Below the pieces are notes generated by a model. The model ran no database searches, had not been told where the DNA came from, and saw only the letters and a program-made list of their open reading frames with translations. DNA of 41,852 nt from Deltaproteobacteria bacterium (GTDB taxonomy: Bacteria > Desulfobacterota > Desulfuromonadia > Desulfuromonadales > Geothermobacteraceae). Position numbers and translations under genes: made by a program. Position 1 is the stretch's first letter. The number at the start of each line of letters is the position of its first letter. Of this stretch, positions 1 to 9,160 are shown in pieces. Location of the stretch: positions 1 through 41,852 of the forward strand of contig RFIO01000174.1 of assembly GCA_003695205.1 (NCBI GenBank), in the 5' to 3' direction.

Positions 1-574
1 CCCTGAGGTCATCGGCCGGGTAGATTACCCGCGTCGGATTGTTGGGGGAGTTGACGATCACGGCGCAGGTTTTGGGCGTGACGGCGGCAGCGACCGCCTC
101 CAGGTCGAGTTGGAAGTCGGCCCTGGTACTCACTTCGACCGGCACCCCGCCGTGATTGTCGATGTAGAATTTGTACTCGACGAAATAGGGGTTGAGAATG
201 ATGACTTCGTCGCCGGGGTTGATCAGGGTTTTCAGGACAACGTTGAGAGCGCCGCCGGCGCCACAGGTCATGACCACCTGTTCGGCACTGACTTCGAGCC
301 CAGATTCCCTGCTCAGGCGCTCGGCGACGGCCCGGCGGGTTTCCGGGTAGCCGGCATTGGGCATGTAGCGATGCATGCCGGGCTCGGGGTTGGCGGCGAG
401 CCGGCGAAGCTGCTCGTGAAAGGCGGGGGGCGGCTCGACGGTTGGATTGCCGAGGGTGAAATCGTAGACGTTCTCGGCGCCGAATTCCTCCCTCAAGCGG
501 GCGCCTTCCTCGAACATCTTGCGAATCCAGGATGCGCGGTCGATAAAACTCTGGATCTTGTCTGCGATCGGCAT
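1..574 (-). CDS. PLP-dependent aminotransferase class I/II (aspartate aminotransferase-like), 3' end runs off the window
   Basis: Not in the ORF track. Manual translation from ATG 574 gives MPIADKIQSFIDRASWIRKMFEEGARLREEFGAENVYDFTLGNP...VNSPNNPTRVIY, open to the edge; AAGGAGA RBS upstream. Confidence 0.88.
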   Translation of the reverse strand, partial: MPIADKIQSFIDRASWIRKMFEEGARLREEFGAENVYDFTLGNPTVEPPPAFHEQLRRLAANPEPGMHRYMPNAGYPETRRAVAERLSRESGLEVSAEQVVMTCGAGGALNVVLKTLINPGDEVIILNPYFVEYKFYIDNHGGVPVEVSTRADFQLDLEAVAAAVTPKTCAVIVNSPNNPTRVIYPADDLR

Positions 575-616
575 GGGGGGTCTCTCCTTGATGGTCGCAT
601 TGCTGGTGTGAACGGC

Positions 617-645
617 AGTGTACGAACACCCCCCGGGGAAATCAA
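617..645 (-). promoter_or_regulatory. Putative sigma70 promoter of the aminotransferase
   Basis: TTGATT-17 bp-TACACT on the minus strand, about 40 bp upstream of the ATG. Confidence 0.5.
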
Positions 646-722
646 GCCGAAGAGGGTTGTCAGGGCCTGTGGCCAGCGCCGTCAAACCTCTTTTCCGTCG
701 TATGCAACCGGGCGGCTGGCGT

Positions 723-751
723 TTGCTTTTTGCAGGGCAATCGGCTAATGT
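723..751 (+). promoter_or_regulatory. Putative sigma70 promoter of the pheA operon
   Basis: TTGCTT-17 bp-TAATGT, 32 bp upstream of the pheA ATG. Confidence 0.5.
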
Positions 752-782
752 TTCCTTCCACTTCCGCGGAGGAAAGGGAATC

Positions 783-1856
783 ATGGACAAGGATCTGCTC
801 CAGGGGCTGCGGGCCCGCATCGATGCCATCGACGACCGCATTCTCGAACTGCTCAACGAGCGCGCCAAAGTCGTCATCGAGGTCGGAAAAGCCAAGAAGG
901 GGGCCAGTGCCGACTTTTACGTTCCGAGCCGGGAGAAGGCGATCTTCGACCGGCTGACCGCCGGAAATCCCGGTCCCTTTCCCCGGGAAGGGGTCAAAAG
1001 AGTCTTCCGCGAGATCATCAGTGCCTCCCTTTCGCTCGAGGAGCCGATGAAAGTCGCCTTCCTCGGCCCCCAGGCGACCTTCACCCACGTCGCCGCCATG
1101 CAGCAGTTCGGGCACTCCGCCCGGCTGGTGCCGCAGAAAAGCATTCCGGCCGTGTTCGAGGAGGTCGAGCGCAAACGGGCCCATTACGGCGTTGTTCCGG
1201 TGGAAAATTCCAACGAGGGCATCGTCAATCATACCCTCGACATGTTTCTCGATTCCCGGCTGCACATCATTGCCGAAATCCTGCTGGAAATCTCTCACGA
1301 CCTGCTTTCGAAATCGGGTGATCTGCGCGATATCCGCAAGGTGGTTTCCCATCCGCAGGCCCTGGCGCAGTGCCGGGGGTGGCTCGAGGAAAACCTGCCC
1401 GGTGTGCCTCTGGTCGATGTTGCCAGCACCGCCCTGGCCGCGCAGGTCGTGGCGGAGGATGACAGTGCCGCCGCCATAGCCAGCGAACAGGCCGGCAATC
1501 TGTACGGTCTGAAGGTGGTCAAGAAGAAAATCGAAGACAACCCCAACAACTTCACCCGGTTCCTGGTGGTTGGACACAACACGCCGCCGCGCAGCGGCAG
1601 GGACAAGACCTCGCTGATGTTCAGCGTCAAGGATGAGCCGGGTATCCTTTACCGCATGCTGCAGCCCTTCAGCAGCCGCGGCATCAACCTGTGCAAGATC
1701 GAGAGCCGGCCGCTGCGAAAAAAAGCTTGGGAGTACATCTTCTTCCTCGACCTCGAAGGCCATATCGAGGATGATCCTGTCGCCGCGGCGATCAGCGACC
1801 TGGGCGACTACTGCCAGTTCCTCAAGGTGCTCGGCTCCTATCCGAGGATCATGTGA
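783..1856 (+). CDS. pheA: Chorismate mutase/prephenate dehydratase (P-protein)
   Basis: AroQ N-terminus (LRARIDAIDDRILELLNER), PDT motifs (VPVENSNEG, SHPQALAQC, NFTRF), ACT domain (KIESRP); GGAGG/AGGGA RBS before ATG 783. Confidence 0.96.
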   Translation: MDKDLLQGLRARIDAIDDRILELLNERAKVVIEVGKAKKGASADFYVPSREKAIFDRLTAGNPGPFPREGVKRVFREIISASLSLEEPMKVAFLGPQATFTHVAAMQQFGHSARLVPQKSIPAVFEEVERKRAHYGVVPVENSNEGIVNHTLDMFLDSRLHIIAEILLEISHDLLSKSGDLRDIRKVVSHPQALAQCRGWLEENLPGVPLVDVASTALAAQVVAEDDSAAAIASEQAGNLYGLKVVKKKIEDNPNNFTRFLVVGHNTPPRSGRDKTSLMFSVKDEPGILYRMLQPFSSRGINLCKIESRPLRKKAWEYIFFLDLEGHIEDDPVAAAISDLGDYCQFLKVLGSYPRIM

Positions 1857-2725
1857 TGGCCGCCGCGTTCCATATCGACCGTCTCGCTGTTGTCGGCGTC
1901 GGCCTGATCGGCGGCAGCCTTGCCCTGGCCCTTAAACAAGCCGGCGCCGTCGGCGAAGTTCTCGGCATCGGTCGGGGGCTTCCCAACCTGAACCTGGCAC
2001 TCGAGCTCGGCGTTGTCGACCGCATCAGCCGCGACCCGGTCGAAGGCGTGCGTGATGCCGATGTGGTCTTTCTGGCCACGCCGGTCAACAGCCTCGGTGT
2101 CATAGCATCCCAGGTTCTGCCTGCCATGAAGCCGGGATCGATCCTGACCGACGGCGGCAGTGTCAAGGGCGCCGTTATCGAAGCCATCGAGCCTCTGGTC
2201 CCCGAGGGCATCGCCTTCGTTCCCGGACACCCGATTGCCGGGACCGAAAAGAGCGGCGCTTCGGCCGCCTTTGCCACCCTCTATCGGGATCGCCGCTGTA
2301 TTCTGACGCCCACCTACCGGACGCCTGTCGAAGCCCTGGAGAAAGTCAGGCTCATGTGGCAGGTTGCCGGCAGCGAGGTCGTCGTCATGGACGCCGACAA
2401 GCACGACCGGATTCTGGCCGCCATCAGCCACCTGCCGCACATGATCGCCTATTCGCTGGTCAACGCCGTCGGTTCCTACGATCATTTCGAGGAGAATATT
2501 CTCGAGTATTCCGCCGGGGGCTTCCGCGACTTCACCCGCATCGCCTCCTCCGATCCGACCATGTGGCGCGATATTGCCTTGGCCAACCGCACGGCGCTGC
2601 TGGAAATGATCGAGCGCTACGAGTCCTTCCTCGGCGAACTCAAGGAGGACATTGCCGCGGGGGACGGCCAGAAATTGTTCGAGTTTTTTCTCAATTCCAA
2701 GACGTTAAGAGACGGCATTCTCTAG
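1856..2725 (+). CDS. tyrA: Prephenate/arogenate dehydrogenase
   Basis: GVGLIGGS Rossmann motif, DGGSVK, HPIAGTE, HD...SHLPH, GGFRDFTRIA; TGATG overlap with pheA. Confidence 0.93.
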   Translation: MAAAFHIDRLAVVGVGLIGGSLALALKQAGAVGEVLGIGRGLPNLNLALELGVVDRISRDPVEGVRDADVVFLATPVNSLGVIASQVLPAMKPGSILTDGGSVKGAVIEAIEPLVPEGIAFVPGHPIAGTEKSGASAAFATLYRDRRCILTPTYRTPVEALEKVRLMWQVAGSEVVVMDADKHDRILAAISHLPHMIAYSLVNAVGSYDHFEENILEYSAGGFRDFTRIASSDPTMWRDIALANRTALLEMIERYESFLGELKEDIAAGDGQKLFEFFLNSKTLRDGIL

Positions 2726-2735
2726 GAAATTTGGC

Positions 2736-4028
2736 ATGTCACAAAACCAGATCATCGAACCGGCCGGCTGCGTGCGGGGCGAAATGAGCGTCCCCGGCGA
2801 CAAGTCCATTTCCCATCGCTCCATCATGCTCGGCGCCCTGGCCGAGGGCCGTACCCGGGTTACCGGCTTTCTGCACGGCGAAGACAACCATGCCACGCTC
2901 AATGCCTTTCGTGCCATGGGCGTTCCCATCACTGAGCAGGAGGGTGGCGTCCTGGACATCGACGGTGTCGGACTCGATGGGCTGCGGGAACCGGCCGACG
3001 TCCTCGACTGCGGCAATTCCGGTACAACCATGCGCCTTATGACCGGGCTTTTGAGCGGTCAGTCGTTTTTCAGCGTGCTGACCGGCGACCAGTACCTGCG
3101 CCGTCGGCCCATGCGCCGCGTCACCGTGCCCCTGAGGGCGATGGGGGCTCGCATCGACGGCCGGGAAGGAGGCGAAAAGGCGCCTCTGGCCATATCTGGC
3201 GGCCCTCTCAGGGCCTTCACCTGGAATTCGCCGGTGGCCAGTGCACAGGTTAAATCGGCGCTGTTGCTCGCCGGGCTCTATGCCGACGGCCCGGTTGAAG
3301 TGACCGAGCCGCACCTGTCACGCGACCACAGCGAGCGGATGCTCAACCATTTCGGTGCAAGAATTGAGAGGTTCACGGGCGGTGTGCGCATCGAGCCGCG
3401 GCCGCGTCTTGCCGGTGGCGAAATCGATGTGCCCGGGGATATCTCCTCTGCGGCCTTTTTCCTCGTGGCAGCCCTGGTTGTTCCCGGTAGCGAACTGCTG
3501 ATCCGCAATGTCGGCGTCAACCCGACCCGTAGCGGCATTATCGACATCCTGCGTGCCATGGGGGGGCGGATTGATCTGCTTGACACCAGGGAACAATCCG
3601 GAGAACCCGTGGCTGACCTGCTGGTGCGCCACAGCGACCTGAAGGGGATCGATATCGGTGGCGAGCTGATCCCGCGCGCTATCGACGAAATGCCGGTGGT
3701 CAGTGTCGCCGCAGCCTTTGCCGAAGGGACGACCCGTATCACCGAAGCCCGTGAACTGCGAGTCAAGGAGACCGACCGAATTGCCGCCATGGTCAGCGAA
3801 CTGGGGAAACTGGGAGCCCGGGTCGAGGCCTTCGAAGACGGCATGGTGATCGAAGGGGGCGAAGCTCTGTCAGGTGGCCAGGTCGAATCCTGGGGGGATC
3901 ACCGCATCGCCATGAGCATGGCCGTCGCCGCCTTGCGCGCCAGCGGTCCCGTCACTATCCGCGATACCGGCTGCACCGCCACCTCGTTCCCGAATTTCTG
4001 GCCCCTGCTCCATTCGGTTGTGCAATGA
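2736..4028 (+). CDS. aroA: 3-phosphoshikimate 1-carboxyvinyltransferase (EPSP synthase)
   Basis: PGDKSISHR, DCGNSGTTMR, SAQVKSA, RVKETDRI, DHRIAMS motifs. Confidence 0.97.
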   Translation: MSQNQIIEPAGCVRGEMSVPGDKSISHRSIMLGALAEGRTRVTGFLHGEDNHATLNAFRAMGVPITEQEGGVLDIDGVGLDGLREPADVLDCGNSGTTMRLMTGLLSGQSFFSVLTGDQYLRRRPMRRVTVPLRAMGARIDGREGGEKAPLAISGGPLRAFTWNSPVASAQVKSALLLAGLYADGPVEVTEPHLSRDHSERMLNHFGARIERFTGGVRIEPRPRLAGGEIDVPGDISSAAFFLVAALVVPGSELLIRNVGVNPTRSGIIDILRAMGGRIDLLDTREQSGEPVADLLVRHSDLKGIDIGGELIPRAIDEMPVVSVAAAFAEGTTRITEARELRVKETDRIAAMVSELGKLGARVEAFEDGMVIEGGEALSGGQVESWGDHRIAMSMAVAALRASGPVTIRDTGCTATSFPNFWPLLHSVVQ

Positions 4029-4741
4029 CGGACAGGAAAAAACTGATAATTGCCATCGACGGGCCCTCCGGCGCGGGCAAGAGCACTGCCAGCCGTCTGC
4101 TGGCCGAGCGTCTCGGCTACCTGAATATCGATACCGGAGCCATGTACCGCTCCGTTGCCCTGGCGGCCCATCGAGCCGGCATCGACCCGGAGAACCACAC
4201 GGCCCTGGAGGAATTGTGTGACCGTATCGACATCCGGCTCGAGGTTGACCCGCGGGGGGGGCTGCGGGTTATGCTCGATGGCGAGGATGTCTCCATGGCG
4301 ATCCGCACCCCCGAGATCAGTCGTCTGACCCCGCTGGTGGCGGCGGTGCCGGCGGTCCGGCGCGCCATGGTGACATTGCAGCGGCGGCTTGGGCGCGACG
4401 GCGGCGTCGTTCTAGAGGGGCGCGATATCGGTACGGTTGTCTTTCCGGATGCCGACCTGAAGGTCTTTCTGCATGCCTCGGCCCGGGAGCGGGGTCGCCG
4501 ACGCTGGCTGGAACTGAAGGAAAAGGGGGTCGAGGTCGACCTGGAGCAGACGGTGCGCGAGGTTGTCGAACGCGATCGGGTCGACATGGAAAGGGAAGAG
4601 GCCCCCCTGGTGAGGCCTGACGGTGCCGTCGACATCGACAGTGGAATGCTCGATGTCGACCAGGTTGTTCGTCTCCTGCTCGACGAAGTCGACCGGACGC
4701 TGCGAAAACGGCGAGACACCGGGGCGGCACGAAAGGGCTGA
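4025..4741 (+). CDS. cmk: Cytidylate kinase
   Basis: IAIDGPSGAGKST, DTGAMYR, EGRDIGTVVFPDA. Confidence 0.96.
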   Translation: MTDRKKLIIAIDGPSGAGKSTASRLLAERLGYLNIDTGAMYRSVALAAHRAGIDPENHTALEELCDRIDIRLEVDPRGGLRVMLDGEDVSMAIRTPEISRLTPLVAAVPAVRRAMVTLQRRLGRDGGVVLEGRDIGTVVFPDADLKVFLHASARERGRRRWLELKEKGVEVDLEQTVREVVERDRVDMEREEAPLVRPDGAVDIDSGMLDVDQVVRLLLDEVDRTLRKRRDTGAARKG

Positions 4742-4747
4742 TGGAAC

Positions 4748-5590
4748 ATGGCTGAAATACTGCTGGCCAAAAGTGCCGGTTTCTGTTTCGGAGTCAAGCG
4801 GGCCACCAGCATGGCCTTCGAATCGGCGGATACCGAAGCCTCTCTGGCCTCGCTCGGGCCGATCATTCACTCCCCCCAGCTGGTTCGCCGCCTCGAGGAG
4901 AAGGGGGTGCGTGTGGTCGACCATCCTGACGAGGTTGTCGAGGAGGCGGTGATTGTTCGTTCCCATGGTGTGACCTCGGGCGAAATGGCCGCCCTGGCCG
5001 AAAAGAAGGTCCGGGTTGTCGATGCCACATGTCCCTTTGTCAAAAAAGCCCAGGAATATGCCGCCAGCCTGAGTGACGAGGGCTACCACCTGGTTGTCGT
5101 CGGTGAAGCGGAGCACCCGGAAGTGCAGGGGATTGTCTCCTATGGCGCCCATGGACAAGTGTCGGTTGTTGCCAATGCCGACGAGGCGGCCTCGCTCGGC
5201 AAGTTTTCCCGCCTGGCGATCATCGCCCAGACCACCCAGTCCTTCGACAACTTCCGCCAGATCGTCGATGTCTGCCTGAAGCACGCCCGCGAACTGCGCG
5301 TCTACAACACCATCTGCAACGCCACTTCGGTGCGCCAGAAGGAAGCCCGCAAGATTGCCGGTCAAGTCAGCCTGATGCTGGTAATTGGTGGTTACAACAG
5401 TGCCAATACCTCCAGGCTGGCGCAGATCTGCCGCGACATCCAGCCAAACACTCACCATGTGGAGACCGCCGACGACCTGGATCCCGACTGGTTCAGGGGC
5501 GCTGATCGCATCGGCATTACGGCCGGGGCCTCGACGCCCGACTGGCTGATCGAACAGGTGCTGGAGCGTGTCGGTGCCCTGACGGCCTGA
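4748..5590 (+). CDS. ispH: 4-hydroxy-3-methylbut-2-enyl diphosphate reductase
   Basis: AGFCFGV, RSHG, DATCPFV, NTICNAT, SANT, ITAGASTP. Confidence 0.96.
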   Translation: MAEILLAKSAGFCFGVKRATSMAFESADTEASLASLGPIIHSPQLVRRLEEKGVRVVDHPDEVVEEAVIVRSHGVTSGEMAALAEKKVRVVDATCPFVKKAQEYAASLSDEGYHLVVVGEAEHPEVQGIVSYGAHGQVSVVANADEAASLGKFSRLAIIAQTTQSFDNFRQIVDVCLKHARELRVYNTICNATSVRQKEARKIAGQVSLMLVIGGYNSANTSRLAQICRDIQPNTHHVETADDLDPDWFRGADRIGITAGASTPDWLIEQVLERVGALTA

Positions 5591-5673
5591 CCCCGAACGG
5601 CGGTCCGGCAAGGTCCGCGTTTTCCCGTTCCTTTTTCTCACCGCTGTCACTTTGCCCGCGAGTCGAATTCTAT

Positions 5674-5702
5674 TTGTCTTTTGCCGGGTGCTGTGCTAAT
5701 TT
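5674..5702 (+). promoter_or_regulatory. Putative internal sigma70 promoter of rpsA
   Basis: TTGTCT-17 bp-TAATTT with extended -10 TG. Confidence 0.45.
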
Positions 5703-5777
5703 CACGATTTCCGGGTGGAGGACAGACTCCGGCCGGGCTGCCAGCCGGCAGAAAAATTCCAGGGGGTAATTGGGTTA

Positions 5778-7526
5778 ATGGTGGACAACAACGAACTGAC
5801 CAACCAGAAAGACGAACTGCTCGAAAACGAAGAGGTTGAAGAAACCGAAGAGATGGAAGACTTTGCCCAGCTCTTCGAGGAAAGCCTCAAGGACAAGGAG
5901 ATCCGGCGCGGCAACGTCGTGCAGGGAACCGTTGTCCAGATCAACTCCGATTCTGTCATCGTCGATGTCGGCGGCAAGTCGGAAGGCGTTATCAACGCCA
6001 GCGAATTTGCCGGTGAAGACGGTGAAGTCAATATCAAGGTCGGTGACACTTTCGATGTCATGATCGAAAGCACCGAGAATGATTCCGGCCTGATCAGCCT
6101 GTCGAAGGAAAAGGCGGACCGGCAGAAGGTCTGGGCAACCCTCGAGGAGGGGGCCGTGGTCGAAGGCCGGATCGCTTCCCGGATCAAGGGGGGGTTGACC
6201 GTCGATATCGGCGTGCACGCCTTCCTGCCCGGGTCCCAGGTAGACCTGCGCCCCGTGCGCAACCTCGACAAGCTGATCGGCGAGACCTACCAGTTCAAGA
6301 TCATCAAGCTCAACAAGCGTCGCGGCAACATCGTTCTGTCACGCCGTGTCCTGCTCGAGGAGGAGCGCGCCAGCCAGAGGGAAGTGACCCTCAAGGAGCT
6401 GGAAGAGGGCAAGGTGATGGAGGGTGTGGTCAAGAACCTGACCGACTACGGTGCCTTCATCGATCTCGGCGGTATCGACGGCCTGCTGCACATCACCGAC
6501 ATGAGCTGGGGACGGGTCAACCATCCCTCCGACATTCTCGCTGTCGGTGACAAGGTCAACGTCAAGGTCCTCAAGTACGACCAGGAGAAGGAGCGTGTCT
6601 CCCTCGGCCTGAAGCAGATTTCTCCCGACCCCTGGCTGACCGTTTCCGACAAGTACGAGATCGGCAACAAGGTCACCGGCAAGGTCGTCAGTCTGACCGA
6701 CTACGGTGCTTTCGTTGAACTTGAGGAGGGTGTCGAAGGCCTGATCCACGTTTCGGAAATGAGCTGGACCAAGCGTATCAAGCACCCGAACAAGATCCTC
6801 AACATCGGCGACGAGGTCGAGTCTGTGGTGCTCGCGGTTGATACCGAGAACCGTCGCATCTCCCTTGGCCTCAAGCAGGTTGAACCCAACCCCTGGGACG
6901 TTGTCGGTGAGAAATTCCCGGCCGGCACCATCATTGAGGGTCAGGTCAAGAACATCACCGACTTCGGTATCTTTGTCGGTGTCGACGAAGGGATCGACGG
7001 CCTTGTGCACATCTCTGACCTGTCCTGGACCAAGCGCGTCAAGCATCCCTCCGAACTCTACAAGAAGGGGGATGTCGTCAAGGCGGTGGTTCTGAACATC
7101 GATCGCGACAACGAGCGTTTCTCTTTGGGCATCAAGCAGCTGGTTCCCGATCCTTGGAGTGAAATCCCCCGCCGCTACGCCCCCGGCACCATTATCAGGG
7201 GACAGGTGACGTCGGTGACCGATTTCGGCATCTTCCTCGAACTGGAGGAAGGAGTCGAGGGCCTGATCCACGTTTCCGAAATCAGCCATGAGAAGATCGA
7301 CACTCCCAAGAGCTTCGCGCAGGTGGGTGACGAGCTTGAGGCCTGCGTGCTCAACGTCGACACCGAGGACCGCAAGATCGCCCTGTCGATCCGGCAGCTC
7401 GACGAACAAAAGCAGAAAGCCGAGATCAACGAGATGATCGGGGCTCAGAAGAGTGCCACGTCCAACCTGGGCGAACTGCTCCAGGGCGCCCTCGGCAAAA
7501 ACGGTCAGGACAACAGCGAAGACTGA
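5778..7526 (+). CDS. rpsA: 30S ribosomal protein S1
   Basis: Six S1 repeats (FLPGSQ, DYGAFIDLGGIDGLLHITDMSW, GVEGLIHVSE...). Start chosen at ATG 5778; the exact start is uncertain. Confidence 0.97.
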   Translation: MVDNNELTNQKDELLENEEVEETEEMEDFAQLFEESLKDKEIRRGNVVQGTVVQINSDSVIVDVGGKSEGVINASEFAGEDGEVNIKVGDTFDVMIESTENDSGLISLSKEKADRQKVWATLEEGAVVEGRIASRIKGGLTVDIGVHAFLPGSQVDLRPVRNLDKLIGETYQFKIIKLNKRRGNIVLSRRVLLEEERASQREVTLKELEEGKVMEGVVKNLTDYGAFIDLGGIDGLLHITDMSWGRVNHPSDILAVGDKVNVKVLKYDQEKERVSLGLKQISPDPWLTVSDKYEIGNKVTGKVVSLTDYGAFVELEEGVEGLIHVSEMSWTKRIKHPNKILNIGDEVESVVLAVDTENRRISLGLKQVEPNPWDVVGEKFPAGTIIEGQVKNITDFGIFVGVDEGIDGLVHISDLSWTKRVKHPSELYKKGDVVKAVVLNIDRDNERFSLGIKQLVPDPWSEIPRRYAPGTIIRGQVTSVTDFGIFLELEEGVEGLIHVSEISHEKIDTPKSFAQVGDELEACVLNVDTEDRKIALSIRQLDEQKQKAEINEMIGAQKSATSNLGELLQGALGKNGQDNSED

Positions 7527-7536
7527 ACCTGAATGG

Positions 7537-7575
7537 AAGGGACCGGTCCCTCAGGGAGGGGCTGGTCCCTTTTTG
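7537..7575 (+). terminator. Intrinsic terminator after rpsA
   Basis: AAGGGACCGGTCCCTC / GAGGGGCTGGTCCCTT stem followed by a T-tract. Confidence 0.8.
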
Positions 7576-7635
7576 TCTTTTCAGTGACCCCGGGCTGCCA
7601 GTAACAGCGGCAAGGGGTCAGGTCAGGGAATCACG

Positions 7636-8523
7636 ATGAGAAAACATCCCTTTCTGATGGCCCTGTTCCTGGTTGGCTGCGTCTTCGTTTTCTTTTTCGT
7701 GTCCGTCATTGTTCTTGCCCTGATTTTCGGCCGACCGACGACATTTCCCGTGGGCGAGAAGGTGGCGGTTGTGGAGATTCAGGGGGTGATCGACTCCTCC
7801 CGCTCCCTGATGGAACAGCTGGTTGACTACCGCGAAGACCCGACCGTCAAGGCCGTTGTGCTGCGGGTCAATTCTCCAGGCGGAGCTGTCGGGCCGGCAC
7901 AGGAAATTTACGAGGAAGTCAAAAAGCTCGCCCGTGACAAGCCGGTGGTCGTCTCCATGGGAACCGTCGCGGCCTCCGGCGGCTACTATGTCGCCGTACC
8001 CGCCCGGCGGATTCTTGCCAACCCGGGGACCCTGACCGGCAGTATCGGCGTGGTGATGCAGTTCACCAACATGGAGGAACTGCTGGCCAAGATCGGCCTG
8101 AAAAGCCAGGTGGTCAAAAGCGGCGCGCACAAGGATATCGGCTCGGCAACCCGCGAGATGACCGACGAAGAAAAGAATATCCTTCAGGGTCTGATCGACG
8201 ACGTCCACCTGCAGTTCGTGTCGGCCATCGCGGAAGGTCGCAAGATGGACCTGAAGCGAGTCAAGGAACTGGCCGATGGCCGTATCTACACCGGACGACA
8301 GGCCTTGAAAATCGGCCTGGTCGACGAGTTGGGCAACCTGCAGGACGCCATCGCCCTTGCGGGCAAGATGGGTGGTATCCAGGGCAAGCCGCAGGTGATC
8401 TATCCGGAGCGGCATCGTCCCGATTTTCTGCGCTATCTTGTTGAGGAAAGCAAAGCCCGGCTGGGCGAGGTTCTGAGCAACCGTGATCTCCCCGGCCTCC
8501 AGTTTGTCTGGTATGGATTCTGA
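7636..8523 (+). CDS. sppA: Signal peptide peptidase SppA (36K type, S49)
   Basis: N-terminal TM, RVNSPGG, VAASGGYY, TGSIGV, DGRIYTG, GLVDELG. Confidence 0.93.
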   Translation: MRKHPFLMALFLVGCVFVFFFVSVIVLALIFGRPTTFPVGEKVAVVEIQGVIDSSRSLMEQLVDYREDPTVKAVVLRVNSPGGAVGPAQEIYEEVKKLARDKPVVVSMGTVAASGGYYVAVPARRILANPGTLTGSIGVVMQFTNMEELLAKIGLKSQVVKSGAHKDIGSATREMTDEEKNILQGLIDDVHLQFVSAIAEGRKMDLKRVKELADGRIYTGRQALKIGLVDELGNLQDAIALAGKMGGIQGKPQVIYPERHRPDFLRYLVEESKARLGEVLSNRDLPGLQFVWYGF

Positions 8524-8536
8524 TCAGGAGGTAGGC

Positions 8537-8830
8537 ATGACCAAGAGTGAGCTGATTGAGCGACTCTCCTACACGGCGGGTGGCCTGAACAAGAAGGAAG
8601 CGGAACTGGTGGTCAATACCATCTTCGATTCCATCGGTAGCGCGCTGGCGGAGGGTGACCGGGTCGAGATTCGCGGATTCGGTTCCTTTACCATCCGTGA
8701 ACGCGAGGCGCGTCAGGCGCGCAACCCCAAGAGTGGCGAAGTCGTGTCGATCCCCTCGAAGAAGACCCCCTTCTTCAAGACCGGCAAGGAGCTCAAGCTC
8801 AGGGTCAACAACGGTAACGGTTCGGCCTGA
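8537..8830 (+). CDS. ihfB: Integration host factor beta subunit
   Basis: MTKSELIE, RVEIRGFGSF, ARNPKSGE, PFFKTGKEL; AGGAGG RBS; lies downstream of rpsA. Confidence 0.92.
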   Translation: MTKSELIERLSYTAGGLNKKEAELVVNTIFDSIGSALAEGDRVEIRGFGSFTIREREARQARNPKSGEVVSIPSKKTPFFKTGKELKLRVNNGNGSA

Positions 8831-8854
8831 CCGGTGATGGCCCGCGCAGACCTG

Positions 8855-8887
8855 CAAAAGGCCCCGACTTTGCTTCGGGGCCTTTTG
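8855..8887. terminator. Bidirectional intrinsic terminator (ihfB / 6S-like RNA)
   Basis: CAAAAGGCCCCGA-loop-TCGGGGCCTTTTG with A- and T-tracts on both sides. Confidence 0.8.
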
Positions 8888-8891
8888 TCGT

Positions 8892-9081
8892 ACGGCGTTT
8901 CCGGGATGCCGGTTGCGACTGGGGGCATGAGCCCTTATCCGGTCCGGACCAGCCCCGCCCGGCAACCTGCTTCAGGCTTCCCGCTACCTGGGCGGGCCTG
9001 CTCACCGCAGGCCGACACGGGCAGGATCAGATAACGTGTTGGTCATGCCTCCGGCCAGCGTACCGCGCATCCCAGAACCGT
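8892..9081 (-). ncRNA. ssrS: 6S RNA (ssrS)-like non-coding RNA, about 190 nt
   Basis: Minus-strand rod fold: closing stem UUCUGGGAUGC/GCAUCCCGGAA, GGCAUGA/UCAUGCC, a central bubble, then CCUGCCCG/CGGGCGGG, GGCCUGC/GCAGGUU, CAGGC/GCCUG, CCGC/GCGG. Motifs GGUGAGCA..., GGGAAGCCUGAA, AAGGGCUCA and CGGCAUCCCGGA resemble E. coli 6S as recalled. Flanked by a promoter and a terminator; no credible ORF. Confidence 0.78.
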
Positions 9082-9102
9082 TAATTTTTCGTATCTTTTT
9101 TC

Positions 9103-9130
9103 AAGCTACCACGCCGGAGAAGCTTGTCAA
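9103..9130 (-). promoter_or_regulatory. Sigma70 promoter driving the 6S-like RNA
   Basis: TTGACA-16 bp-TAGCTT with extended -10 TG on the minus strand. Confidence 0.6.
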
Positions 9131-9160
9131 CCGGCGGGGTGACAGACTGCGACCGGGGCC

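Noticed and set aside
29-31. NPTR instead of the conserved NPTG in the aminotransferase
   Set aside because: A single-base difference 30 nt from the sequence edge; a consensus error is as likely as real biology. Needs read support.
618-782. N-terminal extensions in the ORF track (pheA 618, rpsA 5715, fumarase 27861, ilvA 27768, pgm 38712 and others)
   Set aside because: They overlap promoters and lack homology-like sequence; downstream starts with an RBS fit better.
8966-8992. CAGG...GGAA...AGCAG resembling SRP RNA helix 8
   Set aside because: The spacing does not match the SRP motif CAGGUCCGGAAGGAAGCAG; the region fits the 6S apical stem better.
8805-9046. Short ORFs across the ncRNA region (66-aa ORFs; a 14-codon ORF after GGAGG)
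   Set aside because: No recognisable motifs, SD only 1 nt from the ATG, and they overlap the terminator or structured RNA.
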